The notes: a model not told the origin generated them from the letters alone. A DNA stretch of 64,000 nt from Thermoanaerobaculia bacterium (GCA_963719225.1 CAVRAY010000001.1:2016001-2080000); one strand, 5' to 3'; positions 8,337 through 21,696 are shown, numbered from the stretch's first letter. Made by a program: numbers and translations.

Positions 8337-11300
8337 ATGTCCGGCGACTTCGTCCACCTTCACCTCCACACCCAGTATTCCCTCCTCGACGGCGCGAACC
8401 GGCTCAAGGATCTGATCAAGCAGGTGAAGGTGTCCGGGATGGACGCCGTGGCGGTGACCGACCACGGGAACATGTTCGGGGCATACGAGCTCCAGACGAC
8501 CGCGCTCGAGGCCGGCATCAAACCCATCCTCGGAGTCGAGGCGTACATCGCTCCCGGATCGCGCTTCGACCGCGAGAGCACGAGGACGTTCGACGGCGAA
8601 GGGAACAACTATCACCTGACGCTGCTCGTCGAGACGCCGGACGGCTACCGGAACCTGGCGCGTCTCGTGTCCGAGGCGTTTCTCTCCGGCTTCTATTACA
8701 AACCGCGCATGGACTGGGAGCTCCTCGAGAGGTACCACGAGGGAATCATCGCGCTGTCGGGGTGCCTGAACTCGGAGGTTTCGAAACGCCTGAGGATGGG
8801 CGACTACGAGGGCGCGAAAAAAACGGCCCTGAGGTATCGAGACCTCTTCGGCAAGGATCGCTACTTCATCGAGATCATGGACCACGGGCTCCCGGAGCAG
8901 CGGCAGATCCTGCCGGACCTGCTGCGGCTCTCCTCGGAGACCGGCATTCCGCCGGTCGCGACGAACGACGCGCATTACCTGACGCGTGACGACGCCGCGG
9001 CGCAGGACGTCCTCCTCTGCATCGGCATGGGGAAGACGCTCAATGACGCGAAGCGGATGAAGTTCTACAACTCCGAGTTCTACGTGAAGGACCCCGACGA
9101 GATGAGCGACGTGTTCCGCCCGCTCACGCTCGAGGCCGTGAAGAACACTGCCGCCATCGCCGAGCGCGTGACCCCCAGCGTCATCGTGGACACGGGTCTC
9201 AAGATCCCCATGTTCCCCGTCCCCGGCGGCGACCGGACGCCCGAGGCTTATCTCGAGGACCTCGCGAAGGAAGGGCTCGAGAGGCGCCTCGAGCCTCAAC
9301 GCGCGGCCTTCGAGAGCGGCACGGCGAAGAAACCGCGTCAGGAGTACGACGAGCGGCTCGCCTGGGAGCTCTCGGTGATCCGGAAGATGGGTCTCTCGAG
9401 CTACTTCCTGATCGTGTGGGATTTCATCAAGTTCGCGAAGGACGAGGGGATCCCCGTGGGACCCGGCCGTGGGAGCGCGGCCGGCTCGCTCGTCGCGTAC
9501 GCGCTCGCGATCACCGACGTCGACCCGCTTCTCTACGACCTCCTCTTCGAGCGCTTCCTAAATCCGGACCGCATCTCGATGCCCGACATCGACGTCGACC
9601 TCTGCGAGCGACGCCGCGGCGAAGTCATCGAATACGTGCGCGGCAAGTACGGGCGCGAGAACGTCGGCCAGATCATCACGTTCAACTCGATGAAGGCGCG
9701 CGCCGTCATTCGCGACGTGGGCCGCGTCCTCGACGTCCCGCTCGCCGAGGTGAACCGCCTCTGCTCCCTCATCCCCGCGAACCCGGGCAAGCCGACGATG
9801 CTGGCCGAAGCGCGGCGCGACGTGAAGGAGCTGGCCGAAGCCTTGAAGGGCAACGAGACCTACCGCCGGCTCTTCGACCTGGGCGAACGCCTCGAGGGCG
9901 TGTCACGCCACGCGGGCGTCCACGCGGCCGGGGTCCTCATCGCCCCGAGGCCTCTCGTCGAGTACCTGCCGCTCTACCGAAACAGCAACGACGAGATCAC
10001 GACCCAGTTCGAGATGAAGTCGGTCGACCGGATGGGCCTTCTCAAGATGGACTTCCTCGGGCTCATCACGCTGACGATCCTCGACGACGCCCTGCGCTTC
10101 GTGGCGAAGAAGGCCGGGAAACGACCGGACCTCGAGACGATCCCTCTCGACGACCCCGAGGTGTACCGGCTCTTCGCGGACGGTCGCACGGACGGCGTCT
10201 TCCAGTTCGAATCGTCCGGGATGCGCGACCTGCTCCGAAGGGTGAAGCCCGAAGTCTTCGACGACCTCGCCGCCCTCAACGCGCTGTACCGTCCGGGCGC
10301 GCTCGACGCAGGCACCGTGGAGGTCTACATCCAGCGCCGCCGCGGGACCAAGTTCGAATACCCCCTGCCGCAGCTCGAGCCGATCCTGAGGGAGACCCAC
10401 GGCGTCCTCGTCTACCAGGAGCAGGTCATGCTCGCCGCGCGTGCCGTGGCCGGGTATTCGCCCGGCGAGGCGGACAAGCTTCGAAAGGCGATCGGCAAGA
10501 AGGACGAAGCGCTCCTCAAGGCCGAGGGCGACAAGTTCATCCGTAAGGCGGTCGCGGCCGGGACACCGAAGAAGAAGGCCGAGGAGCTGTGGACGCTCAT
10601 CCTGCCGTTCGGCCGATACGGCTTCAACAAGTCCCATTCCGTCGTGTACGCGCTCCTCGCGTACCGGACCGCATGGATGAAGGTTCACCACCCGGTCGAG
10701 TTCCTCGCGGCCACGCTCACCGCCAACTCGGGCAGCTCGGACGACGTCGTCAAGTACGTGAACACCTGCCGGGACATGAAGATCCCGGTGCTGCCCCCGG
10801 ACGTCAACGCGTCGGACCTCTCGTTCACGCCGGACGGAGCCGCGATCCGGTTCGGACTCGGAGCCGTCAAGGGCGTCGGGGAGGGCGCCGTCGCCTCCGT
10901 CCTCGCCGCCCGCGCCGGCGACGGTCCGTTCAAGTCGCTCACGGATTTCTGCTCGCGCGTCGACCTTCGTCTGAACAACCGGCGAGTCGTCGAGGCGTTG
11001 ATCAAGTCGGGTTGTTTCGATTCCCTCGGGAAGAGCCGCGCCGCGTTTCTCGACGGGCTCGACCATGCGATCGCAGTCGCGACCGACGCGCGCGAGGCCG
11101 CCTCCTCGACTCAGACCCTCCTCTTCGACGTCCCGAAGGAGACGCGGATCGAGGACCAGTTTCCCGACAAGCCCGAATGGAGCGTCGACGAGAAGATCCG
11201 GTACGAAAAGGAGACGCTCGGCTTCTACATCACGGGCCATCCGCTCGCGCGATTCGAAGACGAGATCCGGTTGTTCGGCGACGTGACGTGCGAGACGCTG

Positions 11301-11882
11301 CGCGAGCGCCTCGACGCGCAGGTCAAGCTCGTCGGGCTCGTCGGCGCGGTCAAGAAGAGCCAGATCAAGAAGGGCCAGAACGAGGGCAAGATGATGGCGA
11401 AGGCCGTCGTCGAGGACCTCACGGGTTCCGTGCCCGTGACCGTTTTCGCGGGCCTCCTCGAGCGCGTGGGGTCGTGGCTCGCTCCGGGCCGGCCCGTGCT
11501 CGTCACCGGAACGGTGCGCCTCGCGATGGCACCGGGCGGCGCGACGCACGACCCGTCGGAGAACGAATCCGCCGGCATGCCGATCGAGATCATCGCCAGA
11601 GAGATCCAGCTCGTCGAGGGCATGAAGGAGCAGAGCGCGAAAGAGGTCCTGATCGCGCCTTCCAACTTCGACACCTTCGACGAGGCGGCGATGGGAGAGA
11701 TTCTTCGAAAGTATCCCGGGTCGATTCCCGTCACGCTCGAGATGCGGCGCGCGGGTCAATTCGCAGCGCCTCTCAGGCTTTCTTCTCGATTCTGGGTGCG
11801 ACCGAGCCCCGAATTCACGGCGTCGATGGAGACCCTCCTCGGTCCCGACTCCGTCCGATACTCCTACGCGGCTTCTCAATGA
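8337..11882 (+). CDS. dnaE: DNA polymerase III alpha subunit
   Basis: FVHLHLHTQYSLLDG PHP domain, GPGRGSAAGS, MPDIDVD catalytic motif, YGFNKSH; TACAAT at 8321-8326 upstream. Confidence 0.97.
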   Translation: MSGDFVHLHLHTQYSLLDGANRLKDLIKQVKVSGMDAVAVTDHGNMFGAYELQTTALEAGIKPILGVEAYIAPGSRFDRESTRTFDGEGNNYHLTLLVETPDGYRNLARLVSEAFLSGFYYKPRMDWELLERYHEGIIALSGCLNSEVSKRLRMGDYEGAKKTALRYRDLFGKDRYFIEIMDHGLPEQRQILPDLLRLSSETGIPPVATNDAHYLTRDDAAAQDVLLCIGMGKTLNDAKRMKFYNSEFYVKDPDEMSDVFRPLTLEAVKNTAAIAERVTPSVIVDTGLKIPMFPVPGGDRTPEAYLEDLAKEGLERRLEPQRAAFESGTAKKPRQEYDERLAWELSVIRKMGLSSYFLIVWDFIKFAKDEGIPVGPGRGSAAGSLVAYALAITDVDPLLYDLLFERFLNPDRISMPDIDVDLCERRRGEVIEYVRGKYGRENVGQIITFNSMKARAVIRDVGRVLDVPLAEVNRLCSLIPANPGKPTMLAEARRDVKELAEALKGNETYRRLFDLGERLEGVSRHAGVHAAGVLIAPRPLVEYLPLYRNSNDEITTQFEMKSVDRMGLLKMDFLGLITLTILDDALRFVAKKAGKRPDLETIPLDDPEVYRLFADGRTDGVFQFESSGMRDLLRRVKPEVFDDLAALNALYRPGALDAGTVEVYIQRRRGTKFEYPLPQLEPILRETHGVLVYQEQVMLAARAVAGYSPGEADKLRKAIGKKDEALLKAEGDKFIRKAVAAGTPKKKAEELWTLILPFGRYGFNKSHSVVYALLAYRTAWMKVHHPVEFLAATLTANSGSSDDVVKYVNTCRDMKIPVLPPDVNASDLSFTPDGAAIRFGLGAVKGVGEGAVASVLAARAGDGPFKSLTDFCSRVDLRLNNRRVVEALIKSGCFDSLGKSRAAFLDGLDHAIAVATDAREAASSTQTLLFDVPKETRIEDQFPDKPEWSVDEKIRYEKETLGFYITGHPLARFEDEIRLFGDVTCETLRERLDAQVKLVGLVGAVKKSQIKKGQNEGKMMAKAVVEDLTGSVPVTVFAGLLERVGSWLAPGRPVLVTGTVRLAMAPGGATHDPSENESAGMPIEIIAREIQLVEGMKEQSAKEVLIAPSNFDTFDEAAMGEILRKYPGSIPVTLEMRRAGQFAAPLRLSSRFWVRPSPEFTASMETLLGPDSVRYSYAASQ

Positions 11883-12850
11883 CCGAAGAGGCGGCCATTG
11901 CCCCTGCGTTCGCCGCCGAGGAGGTCACCGCCCAGCTCGCCCGCGCAGGTGAGGTCGCCGACCGGCGGGAAGTGGGGCTGTGGTTCGTCGGGGGGGCGCT
12001 GCGCGACCTGCTCCTCGGGCGCCCTCTTCACGACGTCGATCTCGCCGTGGAGGCGGGCGCCGCGAACGCGCTCGAGCTCGCGACGCGGCTCGGAGCGCTG
12101 TCGGGCTGGACGCTGGAGAAATCCCACGCGCGGTTCGGAACGGCCCAGCTCAGGGCGCCCGGCGGCCTCCGTGTGGACATTGCCGCCACTCGCCGCGAGG
12201 AGTATCCGGCGCCGGCGAGCCTGCCGGTCGTCACCGGCACGACCACGATCGAGGAAGACCTCGGTCGCCGGGACTTCACGATCAACTCGATGGCCCGGCG
12301 GGTCGGCAAGCGCGGCCTGACGGGAATCATCCTCGACCCCTTCGGCGGCAGAAAGCACCTCGTCTCGAAGACGCTTCGCCTCCTGCACCCGAAGTCCCTC
12401 GTCGACGACCCGACGCGCGCCTACCGGGCGGTAAAATACGCGCTCAGGCTCGGATTCGAATGGGACGGGGATTTCGAAAAAGCAATCAAGAAGGCCCGTA
12501 CCGCGGGCGCCTTCGGAGCTCTTTCCGGCGACCGGATGAGGAGAGGAATAGAAGAGATTTTCTTGGAAGGGGCATGGGACCGCGCGGCGCGGCTCGTCGA
12601 GGAGCTCGAACTCCTGGGCGACGTCCTTCCCGGCTGGAGAATTCCCCATTCACCTTCTAAGAAGAAAACGTCCTCTCGCTCTGCACCGGCATTCCTCGAC
12701 GCATCCCGCCCGGAGGCCGAGCGTCCGAAAGCAGAAATCTCCTGGAAGCGCCTCCTCGCGCCGCTGACGCCGGTCGAGCGCGCCGCCGTCGCCTCTCGCC
12801 TGAACTTCCCGAAAGTCCTGCGGCGCGCCGCGGACGCGGAAGTGCGATGA
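11879..12850 (+). CDS. CCA-adding enzyme / poly(A) polymerase-family nucleotidyltransferase (short form)
   Basis: VGGALRDLLLG..DVD, EDLGRRDFTINSMA, DDPTR motifs. Confidence 0.88.
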   Translation: MTEEAAIAPAFAAEEVTAQLARAGEVADRREVGLWFVGGALRDLLLGRPLHDVDLAVEAGAANALELATRLGALSGWTLEKSHARFGTAQLRAPGGLRVDIAATRREEYPAPASLPVVTGTTTIEEDLGRRDFTINSMARRVGKRGLTGIILDPFGGRKHLVSKTLRLLHPKSLVDDPTRAYRAVKYALRLGFEWDGDFEKAIKKARTAGAFGALSGDRMRRGIEEIFLEGAWDRAARLVEELELLGDVLPGWRIPHSPSKKKTSSRSAPAFLDASRPEAERPKAEISWKRLLAPLTPVERAAVASRLNFPKVLRRAADAEVR

Positions 12851-13590
12851 CCCGGGTCCTTCTCCTCTCGGCGCTGCTCGCGGCAAGTCCCTCTCCGTCG
12901 CCCGCTCCGACGCCGAGCCCGATTCCGACACCGACGCCCGAAAAGCGGGATCCTCATCTCATCGCCGCGCTCGAGTCCCGGCAGGGCATCGGGATGGAGC
13001 GCGTGGCGCTCTTCGACGACGGCACTCTCGTGAAGGTCACCGGATACCGCGCCGAGCGGATCGTCGACCGCAAGGCGATTTCGCCGGAAGAGATCGACGT
13101 TGTGCGAAGAGTCTGTCTCGAGGCTCTGGCCGTGCGCGCCAGAGACGTAGAAGATCCGCGCCGCTCGGCGCTCGGGGACGCGCAGGCCCGGCGCATCACG
13201 ATCGAGATCACCGATCCGGCCGGCGGCTCGCGCATCTACACGTACGACGATCTCACCTCCCTTCCACTGGCGGTCGGGAGGGCCCGGGGAGCGCTCGAGG
13301 ACCTGCGCTCCCGCTTCGAGAAGCAGGATCTCGCCGAGACGAAGTGGGACACGACGGTCCTGAAGTCGGGCACCTTTCTCCGAAGGCGGGCGGACGGCGT
13401 CTGGTACCGCGTCGTTCACGACGACGTGCTGGATCACGATTTCGAGCTCGAGGAGCTCGGCGCCAGCGGCGAGCAGGGGAGCCACAAGCTGAGGATCTTC
13501 GTCTACCGCGGCGACATTCCGCGCCTCTTCGAGGATCCCGCCGTCGCGGGTCCGCGGCCGGCCGCTCCCTCCCCGGCCAGGAGGCGCTGA
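12847..13590 (+). CDS. Hypothetical exported protein with Pro/Ser/Thr linker
   Basis: Signal peptide then SPSPSPAPTPSPIPTPTP; ATGA coupling. Confidence 0.7.
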   Translation: MTRVLLLSALLAASPSPSPAPTPSPIPTPTPEKRDPHLIAALESRQGIGMERVALFDDGTLVKVTGYRAERIVDRKAISPEEIDVVRRVCLEALAVRARDVEDPRRSALGDAQARRITIEITDPAGGSRIYTYDDLTSLPLAVGRARGALEDLRSRFEKQDLAETKWDTTVLKSGTFLRRRADGVWYRVVHDDVLDHDFELEELGASGEQGSHKLRIFVYRGDIPRLFEDPAVAGPRPAAPSPARRR

Positions 13591-13592
13591 GC

Positions 13593-14153
13593 GTGGTGCG
13601 CCTGACCGCCGGTACCTGGCGCGGGCGGAAGCTCGCGGTTCCGCAAGGCATCCGGCCGACGACCGAGCTCGCGCGCAAGGCGGCGTTCGACATCCTGGGC
13701 GACGCCGTCGTCGGCGCGAGGGTGCTGGACGCGTGCGCGGGCTCGGGAGCGTACGGCCTCGAGGCGCTCTCTCGCGGCGCGGCGCACGCGACGTTCGTCG
13801 AGGCGGATCGGGAGGTCGCGAGAGTCTTGAGGGGGAATGTGGAGAGGCTGCTCGCGGGGGAGCGGGCAACCATCGAAGAGACGTCCGTGGCCCGTTTTTC
13901 TTCGAAGGTGAAAGAGAGGAAGGCGCCGGATGCGCTGGAGCGTCCGTCGTTCGATGTGGTCTTTCACGATCCCCCTTTCAAAGAAATCTCCGAATCGTCC
14001 GAATCTGACCTTCGGCTCCTGCTTTCTCTCGTGGGGGCGGGAGGCTGGTTGTTTCACGAGCGCGGCGACGACGAGGTCCTTCGTCCTTCGGGCCTCGAAC
14101 CGGCCGACCGCCGGCGCTACGGCACGACGCGCTACCTGGTTTTTCGTCCTTGA
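13593..14153 (+). CDS. rsmD: 16S rRNA m2G966 methyltransferase
   Basis: [35 protein letters not shown]. Confidence 0.9.
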   Translation: MVRLTAGTWRGRKLAVPQGIRPTTELARKAAFDILGDAVVGARVLDACAGSGAYGLEALSRGAAHATFVEADREVARVLRGNVERLLAGERATIEETSVARFSSKVKERKAPDALERPSFDVVFHDPPFKEISESSESDLRLLLSLVGAGGWLFHERGDDEVLRPSGLEPADRRRYGTTRYLVFRP

Positions 14154-14214
14154 GCGATTTGCCGGCCTGCTAAACTTCGCGCTTCGCCGCAACGCGGCTT
14201 TGGAGCACAGAAAC

Positions 14215-15381
14215 ATGGGCAAGAACCGCAGTCTCTTCACGTCGGAGTCCGTCACCGAAGGCCATCCGGACAAGATCGCCGACCAGATCTCGGATTCGAT
14301 CCTCGACGCGATCCTCCGGGACGATCCTCTCGGGCGCGTCGCGTGCGAGACGCTCGTCACGACGGGCCTCGCGCTCATCGCGGGCGAGATCACGACGAAG
14401 ACCTACGTGGACATCCCGGGCATCGTGAGAGAGACGATCCGCGACGTCGGCTATACGCGCGCGAAGTACGGATTCGACCATGAGACCTGCGCCGTCATCT
14501 CGACGATCGACAAGCAGTCGCCGGACATCGCGATGGGGGTCGACACCGGCGGCGCCGGAGATCAGGGGCTCATGTTCGGGCTCGCCGTACGCGAGACCGA
14601 GGAGTTCATGCCTCTTCCGATCACGCTCGCGCACAAGCTCACGATGCGCCTGGCGGAGGCCCGGAAGTCGAAGACGCTCGAATGGCTGCGCCCCGACGGG
14701 AAGAGCCAGGTCACGGTGGAGTACGAGGGCGATCGGCCGGTGCGTGTGGAGGCGGTCGTCATCTCGACGCAGCATGCCGAGACGGTTCCCACGCCCGAGC
14801 TGCGTGAGGCCGTCCGTGAGGAAATCATCCGGCCGGTCGTGCCCGCCGCGCTCCTCGACGACAACACGAAGTTTCACATCAATCCGACGGGCCGGTTCGT
14901 CGTCGGCGGGCCGCAGGGCGACACGGGCCTGACCGGCCGCAAGATCATCGTCGACACGTACGGCGGGTACGGGCGCCATGGCGGCGGCGCGTTCTCGGGC
15001 AAGGATGCGACGAAGGTCGACCGCTCGGCGTCCTACATGGCGCGCTACATCGCGAAGAACCTCGTTGCCGCCGGCCTCGCCGACAAGGTCGAGGTCCAGC
15101 TCGCCTACGCGATCGGCGTCGCGGACCCGGTCTCGGTCCTCGTCGAGACGTTCGGGACTTCGAACGTCGACCCGGCGGCGCTCTCGAAGCTCGTACGCGA
15201 GCACTTCACGCTCACGCCGAAGGGCATCATCGATGCCCTCGACCTGAGGCGCCCCATTTTCAAGAAAACCGCGGCCTATGGCCATTTCGGCCGACGCCTC
15301 CCGGAGTTCACGTGGGAGCGCACCGACAAGGCCGAGTCCCTCGCGGCGGCTTTCCGCTCCGCGGTGCCCACGACCGTCTGA
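14215..15381 (+). CDS. metK: S-adenosylmethionine synthetase
   Basis: [28 protein letters not shown]; TGcTAAACT extended -10 at 14168-14176. Confidence 0.98.
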   Translation: MGKNRSLFTSESVTEGHPDKIADQISDSILDAILRDDPLGRVACETLVTTGLALIAGEITTKTYVDIPGIVRETIRDVGYTRAKYGFDHETCAVISTIDKQSPDIAMGVDTGGAGDQGLMFGLAVRETEEFMPLPITLAHKLTMRLAEARKSKTLEWLRPDGKSQVTVEYEGDRPVRVEAVVISTQHAETVPTPELREAVREEIIRPVVPAALLDDNTKFHINPTGRFVVGGPQGDTGLTGRKIIVDTYGGYGRHGGGAFSGKDATKVDRSASYMARYIAKNLVAAGLADKVEVQLAYAIGVADPVSVLVETFGTSNVDPAALSKLVREHFTLTPKGIIDALDLRRPIFKKTAAYGHFGRRLPEFTWERTDKAESLAAAFRSAVPTTV

Positions 15382-15446
15382 GAAAGAGAAAGAGATTGAC
15401 GCCCAGCCCTCCCTGACCCCCTGTGAGAAGATTTCGCCTTCCTTCT

Positions 15447-15477
15447 ATATCACGCCAGCATGATCATATGATATGAT
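15447..15477 (+). promoter_or_regulatory. Probable SahR operator overlapping a -10 element (likely leaderless mRNA)
   Basis: ATATCA-N8-TGATCA (15447-15466); TATGAT at 15467-15472, 8 nt before ATG 15481; no SD. Confidence 0.6.
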
Positions 15478-15480
15478 TTC

Positions 15481-17789
<2,309 letters not shown>

Positions 17790-19118
17790 CAGGCTGCTGA
17801 AAAAGGGCTCCTGAAAATCGCGGCGAGGCATTGACTGCTGCGCGATGCGGCTGCACCTTGATGTGCATGCGTGGAGACAACGAAAAGCAGGTCGATCTTG
17901 TCGTGACGATGACGCCCGAGGAGCTCGTGCCGCGGGACCACCCGATCCGCAAGGTGAAGGCGCTTGCAGACGAAGCGCTCAGGCGTCTCGAGCCCAAGCT
18001 CGCCAGGCTGTACTCGGAGCGAGGGCGTCCATCGATTCCGCCCGAGATGCTTCTCAAGGCGCAGATCCTCATCGCGCTGTACAGCGTGAGAAGCGAGCGG
18101 CTCTTCTGCGAGCGGCTCGGGTACGACTTTCTCTTCCGCTGGTTCCTGGACATGCCGGGGCTTGCACCGGCCTTCGATCCGACGACCTTCTCGAAGAACC
18201 GCCAGAGACTGTTGGAGGCCGAGGTCTTCGAGGAGTTCTTCTCGGAAGTCGTCGCACAGGCCCGCAAGAAGTTTCTTCTCTCGGACGAGCACTTCACCGT
18301 GGACGGCACGCTGATCGAAGCGAACGCCTCCTTGAAGAGCTTCCAGCCCCGGAAGGACAAGGACGGTAAGGGCGGCGATGAGCCGCCAGCTCCTGGCGGC
18401 CGCAACGCCGATGTCGACTTTCGCGGCCAGAAGAGGCGCAACGACACGCACGCCTCGACGACCGATCCCGACGCCAAGCTCTACAAGAAGGGAGACGGCC
18501 AGCCTTCGCAGCTGTGCTACCTCGGCCACGTCTTGATGGAGAACAGAAACGGACTGTGCGTGAAGGCGCGCGTAACGACGGCCGACGGCTACGGGGAGAG
18601 GTCGGCCGCACTGGGCATGGTCGACGAGCTGGGCTCGGACAAGCGCATCACGCTGGCCGGCGACAAGGGCTACGACACGAGGGATTTCATCGAAAGGCTC
18701 CGAGAGAGAGGCGTCACGCCCCACGTGGCCCAGAACACCACCAACAGGCGCAGCGCCATCGACCGAAGGACGACGAGACACGCGGGCTACGCCGTGAGCC
18801 AGCGAATCAGGAAGCGCGTCGAAGAAATCTTCGGCTGGAGTAAGACCATCGGAGGCCTGGCCAAGACGCGCTTCCGAGGACTCGCCCGCGTGGCGGCTCA
18901 CGTCCTCAGCGTGATGACGGCCTACAACCTCGTCCGAATGGCGCGAATGGAGTCCTCGACCGCCTGATTCCCCCTGAAGCGCCCCTCGGTGCGACCGAAG
19001 CGGGCCGAAAAAGGCGAGCAGCACGGACTCACTCTCTCGAAGCAATCCCCTCTTTCAGCTTGACGTGTCTTCTCCCGCTCAAGCTCCTTTGAAAAAGAGC
19101 CCTTTCTTCAGCAGCCTG
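17790..19118 (+). mobile_element. IS5-family insertion sequence (1329 bp) with CTAG target duplication
   Basis: IRL CAGGCTGCTGAAAAAGGGCTC (17790-17810); IRR revcomp CAGGCTGCTGAAGAAAGGGCTC (19097-19118); CTAG at 17786-17789 and 19119-19122. Confidence 0.93.
17867..18967 (+). CDS. IS5/IS1182-like DDE transposase
   Basis: GRPSIPPE, FTVDGTLIEA, AGDKGYD, RKRVEEIFG. Confidence 0.93.
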   Translation: MRGDNEKQVDLVVTMTPEELVPRDHPIRKVKALADEALRRLEPKLARLYSERGRPSIPPEMLLKAQILIALYSVRSERLFCERLGYDFLFRWFLDMPGLAPAFDPTTFSKNRQRLLEAEVFEEFFSEVVAQARKKFLLSDEHFTVDGTLIEANASLKSFQPRKDKDGKGGDEPPAPGGRNADVDFRGQKRRNDTHASTTDPDAKLYKKGDGQPSQLCYLGHVLMENRNGLCVKARVTTADGYGERSAALGMVDELGSDKRITLAGDKGYDTRDFIERLRERGVTPHVAQNTTNRRSAIDRRTTRHAGYAVSQRIRKRVEEIFGWSKTIGGLAKTRFRGLARVAAHVLSVMTAYNLVRMARMESSTA

Positions 19119-21416
19119 CTAGGTCCTCACTCCGAGCAGGCCCCACGCCGCACCGAGGCCGAAGAAAACGTTCGGAGCCCAGGCCGCGAGGAACGGCGGG
19201 ATCGCCCCCTGCTGCCCGAAGGAGACGAGGAGCGCGGACAGGAAGAGGTACGTGAGGCCGAGGAAGAGCGCGACGCCGACTCCGGCCACGGCGCCGCGCT
19301 TGCCGTACGTGAACGCGAAGGGGAGTCCGATGAGTGTCAGGAGAAGGGCGGACGCGGCCGCCGCGGTCTTCTGGTGGAGACCCGTCGCGAGCGCGGCCGT
19401 GTCGGCGCCGACCTTGCGACGCACGTCGATGAACCGGGACAGTTCGCGAAACGTCATCTGACGCGGGTCCGCACGCCCCGCTGCGAAGCCCGCCGCGGCC
19501 TCTGGAGCTTCGATGAAGAAGGGACCGTCGCGCCGGATGGCCAGCGAGTTGTCCGGCGAGAACGTCCGGATCCAGCCGCGTTCCGCGAGAAGGCCTCTCC
19601 CGGGCGCGAGGCGCGCGAGGGCTGCGTCCTGGCGCGAGACGAGCTTCCAGGTCGCCGGGTCGATTTGAAGCACGGTGACGCCGCTCGCGACGAGCGACAC
19701 GGGGTCGTACGCATCCGCCGCGAGAAAGCGGCCGCCGTCGCCTCGGAACCAGGACCCGCTTGCGCCGCTGACCGGCGGCTTCTGGCCTTTGAGCAGGAAG
19801 CGAATCCGGTCGGACTCGGACGCGGCCGCCGGAACGACACGCTCGGCGAACACGAAAAGCCCTGCTCCCGCGGCGACGGCGAGGACGAGGAGGGGGGCCG
19901 TGATCCGATGAAGGGAAACGCCGTGCGCCAGGAGCGCGGTCGTCTCGGAGGAGCGCACGAGGCTCGCGACCGTCACGAGCGCCGCCACGAGAAACGCGAA
20001 CGGCACGATGTCCAGAATGATCGGCGGGAGAAATGCCTGGTAGTAACGGAGGATGAGCGCGGTCGGAGACCGGTGCCGCGCGATGTCGTCGGAGATCTCG
20101 AGGTAATCGATCAGGACGTAAAGCGTTGCGATCGATACGACGACGAGAGCGAAGATTCCGAGAAACCGCCGGGCGACGTACCGGTCGATGAGGAGAATTC
20201 CCCTGAGGGAAGCGCGCCGCCCTTGGACGCTCGGGACGTCGAGAGAGGGCTGACCCGGGGCGGCGGCGATGGCCGAAACGGCGGGAGCGACCACCGTCGT
20301 GGGAAGCGAGAACACGGCCTTGTCCCGCCGCACGCGTGAGAGCGCGAAAACGCCGAACGCCAGGAGGAGGAGGTTCGGCAGCCACATGGCGAGAGCCGGG
20401 GAGGTGCTTCCCTCGATCGCGCGGGCCTCGCCCGTGGCGAGAAGAGAGTAGTAGAGCAGCACGATCGCGACCGAGACCGCGAACCCTGCAGCCCGCCCGC
20501 CTCGCCGGTTGACGATTCCGAGAGGGAGCCCGATGAGGCCGAAGACGAGGCAGGCCGCGGGCAACGCGAACTTCTTGTGGACCTCGGTGAGCGCGAGCCT
20601 GCGGTCCTCGGGCCGCCGGGTGCTCGCCGCGGCTCGCTCCAGGAGCTCGCGGAGCGTCTGCTCGCGAATCTGTTTCTCCGTCACGCCGCGCGACGGCCCG
20701 TTGTCCTGCAGCACCATGCGGTGACGCGAGAAGGACGTCACGTCGTATCGGCCGCCGGCGTCCTGCACGTGGTGGGTTTCGGCGTCCTCGACGCTCAGCC
20801 AGAGACGACCCTGGTCCTCCTCCAGCTCGAGCCAGCCTCGCTTCGCGAGCGTCAGCCTTTCACCTTCCGGGCTGGAGCGGTCTGAAATGATGAGGCCCGT
20901 GAGCTCCCGGCGATCGGGCGAAGCCCCCTCGGCGTAGACGCGGAGACCGGCGATTTCCGGGCTGAAGACACCTGGTTGGATCCGCTGGGCGAAGGCGAAG
21001 CTCGAGAGGCGGAGCTTCATCCCGTAGAGCAGGTGGTTTGTCCGCGGGACGACACCGAGCATCAGCGCCAGGGTGGCCGCGCCGATGCCCACGGCCAGGA
21101 AGCCGATCGGCCGGTAGAGGGACAGGAGATCGACGCCCGAAGCGCGGAGCGCCGTCAGCTCGAGGTCCGCCGATAGGCGGCCGATCCCGATCAGGAGGCC
21201 GAGGAGGAAGGCGATGGGCAGCGTGAGGACGATGATGTGAGGGAGCGAGAGGGCGACAACCAGCCCGGCCTCGACGAAAGGTTGCTCGCTCTGTACGAGG
21301 AGCTCCGAGAACTGCACGAGCCCCCGGACGGCCATAAACCCCGTGTAGGCGAGGAAGCCCACGATCGTGGGCGCGAGAACCTCCCGGAAGACATAACGGT
21401 CCAGCAGCCGCCGCAC
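19119..21416 (-). CDS. Fused LptF/LptG LPS export permease
   Basis: Two tandem YjgP/YjgQ modules (LLDRYVFRE...ELTALRASG; LIDRYVARR...ETTALLAHG). Confidence 0.9.
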   Translation of the reverse strand: MRRLLDRYVFREVLAPTIVGFLAYTGFMAVRGLVQFSELLVQSEQPFVEAGLVVALSLPHIIVLTLPIAFLLGLLIGIGRLSADLELTALRASGVDLLSLYRPIGFLAVGIGAATLALMLGVVPRTNHLLYGMKLRLSSFAFAQRIQPGVFSPEIAGLRVYAEGASPDRRELTGLIISDRSSPEGERLTLAKRGWLELEEDQGRLWLSVEDAETHHVQDAGGRYDVTSFSRHRMVLQDNGPSRGVTEKQIREQTLRELLERAAASTRRPEDRRLALTEVHKKFALPAACLVFGLIGLPLGIVNRRGGRAAGFAVSVAIVLLYYSLLATGEARAIEGSTSPALAMWLPNLLLLAFGVFALSRVRRDKAVFSLPTTVVAPAVSAIAAAPGQPSLDVPSVQGRRASLRGILLIDRYVARRFLGIFALVVVSIATLYVLIDYLEISDDIARHRSPTALILRYYQAFLPPIILDIVPFAFLVAALVTVASLVRSSETTALLAHGVSLHRITAPLLVLAVAAGAGLFVFAERVVPAAASESDRIRFLLKGQKPPVSGASGSWFRGDGGRFLAADAYDPVSLVASGVTVLQIDPATWKLVSRQDAALARLAPGRGLLAERGWIRTFSPDNSLAIRRDGPFFIEAPEAAAGFAAGRADPRQMTFRELSRFIDVRRKVGADTAALATGLHQKTAAAASALLLTLIGLPFAFTYGKRGAVAGVGVALFLGLTYLFLSALLVSFGQQGAIPPFLAAWAPNVFFGLGAAWGLLGVRT

Positions 21417-21448
21417 GGAAGAGATGGTAAGGCGAAGGAGAAGATTCT

Positions 21449-21522
21449 CTTAGAAGGGAATATGGCGGGCGAGCGCAGTCCGGATGGCGAGCCTGGTGCG
21501 GGCGGCCCAGGCACCTTCTAAG
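21449..21522. repeat. Head-to-head motif pair CTTAGAAGG-N56-CCTTCTAAG, left of dif
   Basis: Exact copies at 21449-21457 and 21514-21522. Confidence 0.85.
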
Positions 21523-21567
21523 GAATCCCCGGTGCTCGTTTCGGTCGGATTCCCACGCCAATGTACA

Positions 21568-21595
21568 ACGTCCGATAATATTTATTATGTTAAAT
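21568..21595 (+). other. dif site (XerC/XerD chromosome dimer resolution)
   Basis: ACGTCCGATAA-TATTTA-TTATGTTAAAT: XerD arm identical to E. coli dif, 6-bp spacer, XerC-like arm ending ATAA; intergenic and near the strand switch. Confidence 0.92.
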
Positions 21596-21696
21596 ATTAG
21601 ATGACCCTTGCCTAATGAAATAAGGCGACCCTCGCGGGCCCGCACTTCCCTGCGCACGCCGACAAAAATCGATGCGCAAGACGTGAGGGAGTATTT

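Noticed and set aside
14050-14058. Canonical parS half-site TGTTTCACG
   Set aside because: The second half is absent and it lies inside rsmD
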